A DNA stretch of 64,000 nucleotides, taken from NCBI GenBank assembly GCA_951406725.2, contig OX597818.1:46872001-46936000 (forward strand), read 5' to 3'. The translations under genes and the position numbers were made by a program. The notes under the pieces were generated by a model. It worked only from the letters and a program-made list of their open reading frames with translations. It did not search any database and was not told the origin of the DNA. This DNA comes from Octopus vulgaris (Eukaryota). Positions 13,280-24,900 of this stretch are shown here, piece after piece. How positions within the stretch are numbered: position 1 is the first letter of the stretch; each line of letters begins with the position of its first letter.

Positions 13280-13835
13280 CAAGATGGATAATGAAAATGG
13301 TTAAAGGAAGTTTTGAATTTAGAACTAGGTGAACTTTGGAAGGAATAGATTTTGCTTGTTTAGGAGCATCTGAGTAACAAGAATGAGTCTTGTTGATAGT
13401 GTCCAATCACAAGACACTGACATAGCAATAGTAATTCCTTAAAGACTCAGAAGTGTTTTTTCAGTCATTTGAACTAGGTTTCTTTAAGACATTTAAGGAA
13501 ATGAAGAAGGTGAAATGGAAAAACTGGATGCATTATGGAAATAAAGAATTGTGTATGAGAGGAGACAGTATGTGGACTCCATCATTGCTTTTGGTGTGTG
13601 AATGGATTGTTAATTTTTGGAAAGAATTAAAAGCTTACATTATGACAAAATCGTTCAAGAAAAGTGGAATTTTCAAAAAACATTGGATGTTTCAGAAGAC
13701 AAATATTTCTGAGATAATGATGAGGAAGCAGCAGATGATATTCAGTCTATGATTACAGATAAGGATAATGAACAGGAACTGTACAATGATTTCTTTCGTT
13801 CTGAAGATTATGAAGATTTTCCTCAGTGCTGAAGA
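13280..13835 (+). mobile_element. pogo/Tigger (TcMar, DDE_1) transposase C-terminal remnant
   Basis: TDIA.VIP*RLRSVFQSFE (VIPGGLTSVLQPLD-like), KTFK, KWKNWM, VCEWIVNFW, KSFKKSGI, LDVSED, then an acidic tail; stops and frameshifts present. Confidence 0.85.
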
Positions 13836-15072
13836 TGATGAAGAGTGTAATTTTTTTGCATGATATTAGCAAACTTTTGTTTGAAATATTTAAGATTTAC
13901 TATGTCATCAATGTTGTCATCAACATTTGACATCTGTTTTCCATGCTAGCATGGGTTAGATGGCTTGACAAGAAATGGCAAAGCCAGGAGCTGCACTAAG
14001 GTTTCATAGTTTGTTCTGGCTTGGTTTCTACAGTTGGCTACTCTTCCTAACACCAACCACTTTACAGAGTGTACTAGGGGCTTTTTAACATGGCAACCAG
14101 CACCAGTGCTTTTCACATATAGAGCCATGTTAAATTTCTTCTACAATTTTGTATGGATATATAATGCTTATAAATTCATTTACATTTACTGTATTTATCA
14201 TTTTCATTTTAATATTTACAGCCTTCAACTGCATTGAATAACCTAATTAAAAATAAATATCCCATACTGTGATTAGTATGACTTTGATGAAGGTAGTTGA
14301 TCAAGTATGCATCTGAGTAAAACAGCAAATATAAATAGACATCAGAGTTACAGGGCCATTTCCACAAAATATGGATATTTTATCCTGTTCCTGCTATTCT
14401 ATCAGCATTATTCTGCATTTGAGAATAAATTATTTCCTTATCTGTACATCTCAGCACTTCTAAAAGCAAACTTTGTTTACATTCATCATAATTTGAATCA
14501 ATAGTGTGTTTTGATGCATACCAAAAAAAAAAAAAAAAACATCAACGGTCTTTTTGGGGCCATTGGCTAATAAGGCCAGTTTCCTAGATTCTTTGATGTA
14601 TATATTCTGCACTGGACAGGATGCCGGTCTGTTGCCGGATTACTCATTTTTGCCAGCTGAGTGGACTGGAGCAACATAAATGAAATATTTTGCTCAAGAA
14701 CATCATGCATCACCCGGTCCAGGAATCGAAACCACAATCACTATCATGAGTGCAACACCCTAACCACTAAGCCATGCACCTCCACTATACTGGATGATTA
14801 TCGGTTTTATTACTTTAATCTATTGACATATTTTTTCTTTTATTCATTTAGATCAATTTGGGTTCTGTTAAAGATACAATGCCTTGTATTGTTTCTTGAA
14901 TTGCATCCCTCTCACAAGTTATAGTCATGTAATAGTGAACATCTGAAAAATCTACCCTATAACTCTGGTTTAAAAAATACAACTTTAACACAAATATGCA
15001 TTATGATTATCTATGTGTATGTATGTATGATGTATATAATGTATATATTTGGATGTATTTAATGTACATAGA

Positions 15073-15089
15073 TGTGTGTGTGTGTGTGT

Positions 15090-15161
<72 letters not shown>
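15073..15161. repeat. Compound microsatellite (TG)n(TC)n(TA)n; other (TA)n/(CA)n/(TTA)n tracts near 3824, 11282, 18901, 25236, 30487, 37029, 45148, 49908 and 50883
   Basis: Directly visible simple repeats. Confidence 0.95.
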
Positions 15162-15163
<2 letters not shown>

Positions 15164-15811
15164 TCATTGTTTAACATCTGCTTTCCATGTTGGCATGGGT
15201 TAGACAGTTTGACTGGAACTGGTAAGCCAGAGGGCTGCACCAGGTTCCAGTCTGATTTGGCATGGCTTCTACGGTTAGATGCCTTTCCAAATGCCAGCCA
15301 CTCCAAGAGTGTATTGGGTGCTTTTTATGTGCCACTGGCACGGGTGCCATTTACATGACACTGGGAACAGCCACAACTACAATTTCACTTGGCTTGACAA
15401 GAGCCTTCTCAAGCATAGCATATCGCCAAAGGTTTCAGTCACCTGTCATTGCCTCTGTGAGGCCCGACATTCGTTGATCATGCTACTGGCAATGGCTGAA
15501 ATTAGAGTTTCACAGGTGTCATTCACATGACTGGCAACAGTCATGACTACAATCTCGCTTTGTTTGATGAGTTTTCTCAAGCACAGCTTATCGCCAAAGG
15601 TCTCAGTCACTTGTCATCACCTCTGTTAGGCCTAACATTCGAAGATCATTCTTCACCACCTCATCCCATGTCTTCCTGGGTCTACACACATACACACATA
15701 TGCAAAGTTTTTAAGATGTAATTTGGTTTGTTTAACCTTACCTTCTAAAGTATATTGTTTTATTTTTTTATTATTTCAGCTTGATAAAAAGTATTTTCTA
15801 ATCTGAACATC

Positions 15812-15883
15812 ATGTCATCCATTCTTGATCAGTATGAGCAAGAATCTTCCAGAGTTGCTGCTCCTCCACAAGATGATACTTTG
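15812..15883 (+). CDS. VPS18: VPS18 coding exon 1 (exon begins at 15780 in the 5'UTR)
   Basis: ttatttcAG acceptor at 15778-79, ATG 15812, MSSILDQYEQESSRVAAPPQDDTL, donor GTAAGT at 15884. Confidence 0.93.
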
Positions 15884-15965
15884 GTAAGTTGTTATAATGT
15901 TTATATTTCTTTTTATATGAAATGCAACTTTCCATACGTAGTGGGACACACACGCATACATAAAT

Positions 15966-15997
<32 letters not shown>

Positions 15998-18900
15998 CTA
16001 AATTAATATGTTACCATTATTCAATAGCCAAGATAAAACTCTGAGTTTCGGAGTTTCCACTTCGGCATCCGAAACTCAGAGTTTTATTTTGGCTATTGAA
16101 TAATGGTAACATATTAATTTACAAATAAATTTCCTCTATTTACATAATATTGAGGTCTCTTTCTTTCTTTTGTGATCTTAGTATTTTTACCAATAAATTA
16201 CCTCCCGAATGACGCTATTCTTCACTAAGAGCTAATACAGCTTTTTTGGATAATCGCCAAACATTGGTTGAGGACTCTAACACACAGAAGAATTTAATAT
16301 GGACGCCTATTACATATATTATTATATTATATATATATATATATATGCCTATAAAACGAATATTGGAATATTGCATATATACCATTATGCCTGTAAAACG
16401 GATATTGGAATATTGCATATATACCATTATGCCTATACAATGGATTTACAAATTCAATACCCATACATATCTTACATCTATTTCCTTTCCTCCACCTCAT
16501 TCTCTATTTGTATCGTATCAAAACTAACTATGACTTAATTTTTCCTCTCACACCATCTCCGATGAAGGGATATTATCAATTAATATCCTAGAAACAGCTG
16601 TAAAACCTTGTTTAAATACTCTAATATCTATACAGCCTTGGTTTTTTATCTTATTACACAAAAAATTCTTATATACACACGCTGACAGAGAACCAACGTT
16701 GAACCCTTTATTTGCAATATTACCAAATCTGTAACTTAACTATGGTCTGTCTATAGCACTTATTCAGCATTACCTGACACCTTTGGGTCTTAATGACTGC
16801 GCTGGTATGGTCATGTGGCGAGAATGGATGAAGGTAGGTGTGTGAAAAAGTGCCAATCCCTAGCAGTGGAGGGAACCCGTGGAAGAGGTAGACCCAGGAA
16901 AACTTGGGACGAGGTGGTGAAGCACAACCTTCGAACTTTAGGTCTCACTGAGGAAATGACCAGCGACCGAGACCTTTGGAAATATGCTGTGCGTGAAAAA
17001 ACCAGGCAGGACAAGTGAGTCCAGCCCACTTATGCATGCCTTTCCTCCCTTGGACACACAAAGACCTGTTGAGGCAAGCGAAGTCGATATCGAACCTCAT
17101 CCGACGACAGGCACCTATGTCAACTCCCCTTTGCTTGCGAAGACCTGTTGGGGCAAGTGAAATCGGAATCGAAATTGAACCAATCCTATGACTGGCACCC
17201 GGCAGATGCGAGGACCCCTGGACTGGAGATACATAAAAAGCACTATCCGAATCATGGCCGATGCCAGCGCCGCCTCGACTGGCTTCCATGCAGGTGGCAC
17301 GTAAAATGCACCAATCTGACCGTGGCCGATGCCAGCCTCGCCTGGCACCAGTGCAGGTGGCACGTATAAAGCACCCACTACACTCACGGAGTGGTTGGCG
17401 TTAGGAAGGGCATCCAGCTGTAGAAACATTGCCAGATAAGACCGGAGCCTGGTGCAGCCTTCTGGCTTCCCAGATCCCCGGTTGAACCGTCCAACCCATG
17501 CTAGCAGGGAGAACGGACATTAAACGATGATGATGATGATGATGATATATATACACACACCCACACATGTATATATACAATGGGCTTCTTTTAGTTTCCA
17601 TCTACCAAATCCATTCACAAGGCTTTGGTCAGTCCAAGGCTATGTTGAGAAGGCACTTGCTCAAGGTAACATGCAGTGAAACTGAGCCCAAAACCATGTG
17701 GTTGGGAAGCAAAATTCTTATCGCACAGCCACACCTGAAGGTTGGTTTAAAAGATGCCTGGTGATCCAAGTACAGGGAACCTACAGAAGAAGAAATGATG
17801 TGGTTGATCTCAAGGTGCTGAACCTTACAAAGGAGATCTCAAAAGACCACACGTGGCGAGGTACTATATTGGAGAAAATCATCTAGCTCATTCCTACATG
17901 GAAAAATGGATGATGGCTATGTTGACACCTCTTTGATGTCATCATCATTAGTGATTTTAATGCACACAATCCCTCTTTGCTTTTACACTCCAGCACTAGT
18001 GGCACAGAGGCAAATTGCAGCTAAACCTACCTCAATAATTAAATATCTTAGGCTGTTAAATCAACCAGCCTCAACATGGAACTAACGAGTCAAATGTTTG
18101 GAAACGAATTTAGTTCAGTGGTTGCCACACAAAAAATACACAGTAGACTCTAAAGTGGTTGGCATGAGGAATGGCATCCAGCTATAGAAGCCATGCTGAT
18201 GCAGATAGTTGAGCTTGACACAGTCTTTTGGCTTGCCAGCTCCTGTCACACTGTCCAATCCATGCTTGTATGGGAAGCAGACATTAAATAATAATAATGG
18301 TATGTAACAATCAGGGTTTGTTTCATTCAGAAATGTGTGGTAGGAGTTGGCTTCCACACAAACTTATTCTCATTTAGAACTTTTACCAACGATCTTTTGC
18401 CTTTGCAAACCATAGGTATTTTCCTCTTTCCTTAAGAGGTAGCTGAGCAGCAAATATGTGTGTTTTCTTTTAGGAGGTAAGGGGGGAAAACCGGAAAAGG
18501 TGTTACTATAATATGCAATTATATATTTTATTGATCCTTTTTTTTTTCAGTTGGTGTCTCACTATACTGGTAGGACAACCAGTGAAACAGAACCTATATT
18601 TAGAAGAGTTAAAAATGAATACAAGTAAGTTTTTTTGTTTGTTTATTTTGAATTTCATCAATTCTTAAGTTGCTAAGTCTGATAATATGCATTTTTATTC
18701 ACTTACAACTCTATAGTGATTATTAAATAAATGATTTACAGGTGCAGGTGTGGATGTATGGTTAAGAAGCTTACTTCTCAACCATGTGGTCTTGGGTTCA
18801 GCCCCATTGCGCAGCATCTTGGGCAAATGTCTTCTACCACAGTCCTGGATCAACCAAAGCCTTGTGCATAGATTTGGTGGACAGAACTGTTAGAAGTCTG

Positions 18901-21900
18901 TTATATATATAATATAATATATATATATATATATATATACTCACACACATTTGTCTATGTGTTTTTGTATACTCTTATTGAGATATCATGTGAAAGGTTT
19001 ATTTCCAGTCTTACATGTAAAAGATGTCTGGTCATAAGGAAATATTTTCTTGCTTGGAAACAAATGAGTGTTAGCAACAGGAAGGGCATCAGGCTGTAGA
19101 AATTCTGCCTCAACAGATTCCCTCTGACCCATGCAAGTATGGAGAAGTGAATGTTGATGATAATAATTCTAAAGTTGTAAGGGAAAAAATATTAGTAAAA
19201 CTGATGAATCTTACCAAATGTATTAGTTTCTACACGAATACATTTAAATAGATACAGTGGAGTCATTTCAGTATCATCTTACTGTTTTGTGATGAAATCC
19301 CTAAGATTAATTCTTAAAAGTGTGTTCAAAGTTTAAACAACTGATATTTGTATTAAATATTGATTATTTATTACAATTATATATTATTATTTTCTTTTGT
19401 AGACCACATGATAGAATTTTGTCTATGACTGTTTGTAGTAGGTTCCTAGTGATTGCTACTTGCAGCAATGTTATTATTCGAGTGGATATGATGCATCCTC
19501 ATCAACAAGACGGTTAGTATTTCTTAACTGTTCATCTTCTGTTCATATATTTTGCACTTAGCTCATTTAAAACAATAGATATACATAAGATTGCTTTTAA
19601 TCCTTTTGTTACCACATATTTTGCTAATAAACACTGCTTCTGTTTAAAATAATTTTGAAAAGAAATGGAGATTTTTTTGTCCAATAATTTTGTCATTATT
19701 AAACTGCTGTTTGGAATATAAATTAGAATGAACTGTTGGTGGATGGTATTAATTTAGATCACTTGAAAACAAGGGGTTTGTTCCACAGAGCCAAGGGTGA
19801 TCTCAAGAGCATTGGTATTCTCTTTACTCTTTTACTTGTTTCAGTCATTTGACTGTGGCCATGCTGGAGCACCGCCTTTAGTCGAGCAAATCGACCCCAG
19901 GACTTACTCTTTGTAAGCCTAGTACTTATTCTATTGGTCTCTTTTGCTGCTAAGTTACAGGACATAAACACATGAGCATCGGTTGTCAAGTGATGTTGGG
20001 GGGACAAACACAGACACACAAACACACACACACATATATACATATATATGACGGGCTTCTTTCAGTTTCCGTCTACCAAATTTACTCACAAAACTTTGGT
20101 CGACCCAAGGCTATAGTAGAAGACACTTACCCAAGGTGCCACGCAGTGGGACTGAACCCAGAACCATGTGGTTGGTAAGCAAGACACTTACCACACAGCC
20201 ACTCCTTTTTAAATCAAACTTACAAATTTCCCAATAAGCAAGTGGTCATATTATTTTGTTCACTTTCTTTTTCATATGAATTGGCCCTTGTCTGCAAGTG
20301 TATAAATCATGGTGTACTTTATTTGCGTAGACATGTGTGCATAAAAACATACATAGATATGCAACTGTGTGTGTGCATACAGTGATGGATTCAAGAGTTT
20401 CATTTATTTACGAGTTGATTTCTTAATTTCACCGGAGTATAAATACCGATAATGGTGATAGTTAAAAAAATAAAATTAATTCAGTTCAATTATAAAGCAT
20501 GGATCACCAACACATAGCCATACTATAATTTGCCAAAAAATTTATCTGCGCGCAGTGTATGCATTGCCCCTCCAATGCCCCCTTTTTTTTATTTTCTTAT
20601 GTAATGCATCTTTCATTATTGCATATGTTATTTTCAGTTGGGATGAAATAGGAATCCGCACTCCCTGTTATGTACTTCTATAGAACAATATTTTTAACAC
20701 TTGTCTTTCTCCCAACTAAACATCAATAACAAAGACTTCAAATTACTCTTGCTCATAGTCTCTTTCTAAATTTATTTATTTCCTGTCCTATGTAAGACAC
20801 TATTATATGAGCTTTTATGATTTTTCTTCTTGCTTGACTAACAGGAAGTATTGAATGCAACATAAATATTTTCTCAATTCGAATTGCTGAAAAACAAAAT
20901 GTTATCTTTTGTATCAATGACAGGTAAAGTTAAAACATTTGTCTGTATATATGATTGGAAACAATATTTGCTGTTCTGAGGAGAGTCAATATGCCAATAA
21001 TAACACACACACACACACACGCACAGCTTCAAGAAGTGGAATTGAACTTGTGTGTGTGTTATTATTATTGGTGTGATGACCCTCCCAAGACACAACAAAA
21101 TTTATTTCAACACACAAATTCACATCAAGAATCTTACTAACCAAATACAGAAATGAAACAATATTTGCCTTTTTTGCAGAAATTGAACTGCCAAAAATGA
21201 TAGAGGATAGAATTCACAAAATATTCCTCGACCCAACTGGCCGTCATCTACTCATCAGTATGGAACAATCAGCTGAGGTTTATTACTTGTGTCGTAATTC
21301 TAAAAAAACAAAGACAATAAGTAAACTAAAGGTTCGTTGTTTTAATATTTGCTTATGATATATATCTTGTATTTCGAATATTATTTTAGTTTTTATTACT
21401 CTTCCAAATATAATTTTCTTTTAAACATAGACATTGACTTTCTAGCTACAACTATTAGCTTTTTATTTCTAAATTAAAATTATTGCATTTTTTAAAAATA
21501 ATTACTACATTATAAGATTGTTATTATGTGGCCTTAATCAGCTCTGCACTGAAATAGCCAGTAATTACAATATACCTGACAGTCTACCACATCACATAAT
21601 TTCAATCATGTATTGTTTGATTGTGTGGAGTGTGGCACGGACATATTCCATGCAGATTGTGATTCGGTGTTTTCAACTTTTATTTTATATCTTTGAAGCC
21701 TTTATGGTGTTTGTGGCTATGAGAAACAAAATGGATTTAGTCAATGCAAGATTTTTATAGTTGGACCAAACTCACACTTTGGGTCTTAAGATTAAAACAT
21801 TTTTCAACCACATTTGTTTGCATATGTTTTGTATTTATCTAGAATACCAGTAAAAGATTATTGAATTTGTCTGGGTTATTGGTGATGGATGTCAAATTTT

Positions 21901-24900
21901 ATTATTAATGATGATAATTATTGAAATATCTAGACCAGTGTTGATTTGAGATCCAGCATGGGCTGACTTATCTGTCTTGCTTTAAACCTTTGGACTTTAA
22001 ACATAGCCGTCTGCCTTTCTGCATTTTAAAAAAGAAGTCAATTCCTAAAAGAATAAATAAATTTTCTGAACACCATGTTAAAAGTACCATATTAACTGGT
22101 ATGCAAGACATGCTTTTTCTCAAAAATAAATGTTGTTAAAAAATCACCTTTGATCCTTTACATGAAGTTGGGCCTATTACATACTTTAATGCATTAAAAA
22201 CTTCTCTTTTTTTTTACCCCAAATATGGTGCTGCTGAGATTGGGGTGCATCTAATAAGCCTGTATATCTTTTATACCATCAAATACTGTATATTATATTC
22301 AGTTATAAATATCAAAATGTCTTGATACTTGTTTACTGAATACAAAGAATTTATGAGATCAATAATGATATTTTTAATAACCATTTAAACTTGTCCTAAA
22401 ATTTTGCAGTAGTACTATATTTTTGTTTGTATCTCTCTAAAGGGAAACCTAATAAATGCTGTTGGCTGGAACACCCAAAATACAAATGATACCCTCACTG
22501 GTCCTATATTGTTGGGTACAACTAAAGGTCAGTTTAAATGTAAACCTTAAAAATATAATCAGCAAAATTGTTTGAATGAATATATTTTTGTCTAAATTCT
22601 TTTATCTTCCAATTTATCTATTGTAATAGCTTTTATTATTTTTCAACTCAGTACAATTGTTGTGTCAGTCTCATATCTATTTGTATTTATTGAACAGTAG
22701 AAAATATTCTATTAATCCTTATATGCAAGAACCAAATATACATGGTTCTGTGCACATGCACTTGAGACATGGGAACCTGAGTTATCTTGTTTTTGATAAA
22801 GTGGGATATTTTTCAGAATTCTTCACATTTCATATTATGTAGTATGTGTACAGTAATCCCTCACCATATCGCGGTTCACCTCATCATCGTTATCATCGTT
22901 TAACATCTGCTTTCCATGCTGGCATGGGTTGGACGGTTTGACTGAAGACTGGCGAGTCAGAAGGTTGCACCAGGCTCCAATCTGATTCGGTAAAGTTTCT
23001 ACAGCTGGATGCTCTTCCTAATGCCAACCACTCCGAGAGTGTAGTGGGTGCTTTTACATGCCACTGGCATGAGGGCCAGTCAGGCAGTACTGGCAACAAC
23101 CATGCTCAAAAGGTGTTTTTTACGTGCTACCGGCACATGTGTCAGTAAGGCAATGCTGGCAATGATCACGCTCGAATGGTGCTTTTTACATGCCACTGGC
23201 ACAGGAGCCAGTCAGCGGCCCTGGCAACGATCATGCTTGGATGGTGCTTTTAAGATTCCACTGGCACGTCATTGGCCACGTCAGTGATTTTGATTTCACT
23301 TGCCTCAACAGGTCTTCACAAGCAAGGTTTATTTTCCAATGTATGAGGGGTATTCATAAATGGGCTGGTTATACACCACTGGCATAGACCACGGGTTATG
23401 GTCTCACTTGACTTTGTCAGTTCTTCTCAAGCACAGTATGTCTCCAAAGGTCCCGGTCACTAGTCATTGCCTCGGTGAGGCCCAATGTTTGAAGTTCATA
23501 CTTCACCACCCCATCCGAGGTCTTCCTGGGTCTACTTCTTCCACAGGTTCCCTCAACTGCTAGAGTGTGACACTTTTTCACACAGCTGACATCCATTCAC
23601 AACACATGACCACACCAGTGCAGTTGTCTCTCAGAGTGCTTACACTCTGTCATGTTTGCACCGTGGTTTATTATTTAAGCTCACATCAATTCCCCTGTTT
23701 GGTTGTTTTGCATTTATAATAAAATAAATATATACAAATTATAAAAATAATAAAAAATGTACAGTACTGTTTCTACTTCACGGATTTTCACCTATCAGGA
23801 GGGTGTTTGGGAACATAACACCTGTGATAGTTGAGGGATTACTCTATTTTATTCTTAATAGCCAACAGAAAGAGATTTTAAGAACTGATTTGCATATGTT
23901 AAGTGTTTTACATCACCAGTAAAAATTTAATCAGCACAGTTGGGAGATTAAAGATTTGGTGCAAAGAAAATCTGTGATGTTTTCTTTATTGGAGTGAAAG
24001 AATAAGTTTTAAAAATATGTAAGGTTTTAAATGAATGATATTCTCTTAACAAATTTCATACGCTACATATTTCTTCTGTTTGCTTCTCAGGACTGATCTA
24101 TGAAACTGAACTAACTCGAGGAGATGACAGTCGGATATTTGGTCGAACAGTGGATCGCTATGTTTCCAAGGTCTGTTGATTTGATTATGTCTATGTTATT
24201 TTATTATTGGTGTTTAAACTGCTCTTATATAGTATAACAATTTTTAATATGATAAAGATTGTATGTGAAAATTTGAATCACAGTTGTTGCTTCCAGTTTT
24301 GTTTTCTAATTATTTCAAATTCCAAAATGCTATAATTTTATCAAAAATAATCAAAGGAATATGAGTCCTCGACTCATCTTTATTTTTATCCATCCTTCCA
24401 TTTTTGTCGCTTACTATTCCTGGGAGGGCTATGGGGGTGCTTCCATAGGGTAGTATCAGAAGCAACCATCATCACATTTTCTGCTGGATTCCCAAGCATG
24501 ACCAAGTGAGACTATGGATGTTAATCCAACCATCGTGTTCTTGGTCTAACCCTAGTTCTACTGCCAGTTGGCTCAGCTTGGCAAAATCTGTTTTACAATC
24601 CTTTCCTGCAACATTGTAACTACATATCCAAAGTACTGGAACTGTGACTTCTCAATAAGGAGACACAGTAGGCACAAGCATGGCTATGTGGTTAGGAAGC
24701 TTGCTTCTTAGCCAAATGGTTTCAAGTTCAGTCCCACTGCGTGGCACTTTGGGCAAGTGTCTTCTGCTATAGCCTCAGGCCAACCGAAGCCTTGTGATTG
24801 AATTTGGTAGGTAGAAGTTACTGTTGTGTGTGTACCTGTGTAAGTGCTTGTGCCTCCTAAAAGAGAGAAATGCAATCTGGAGAGATTCTCTGACCTCCAA

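Noticed and set aside
14996-15721. Recurrent ORFs of the LQLDALPNANHSESVVGAF and GYSRRHLPKVPRSGTEPG types across the window
   Set aside because: They are translations of the RTE 3'UTR and SINE-C copies plus microsatellites, not a gene family.
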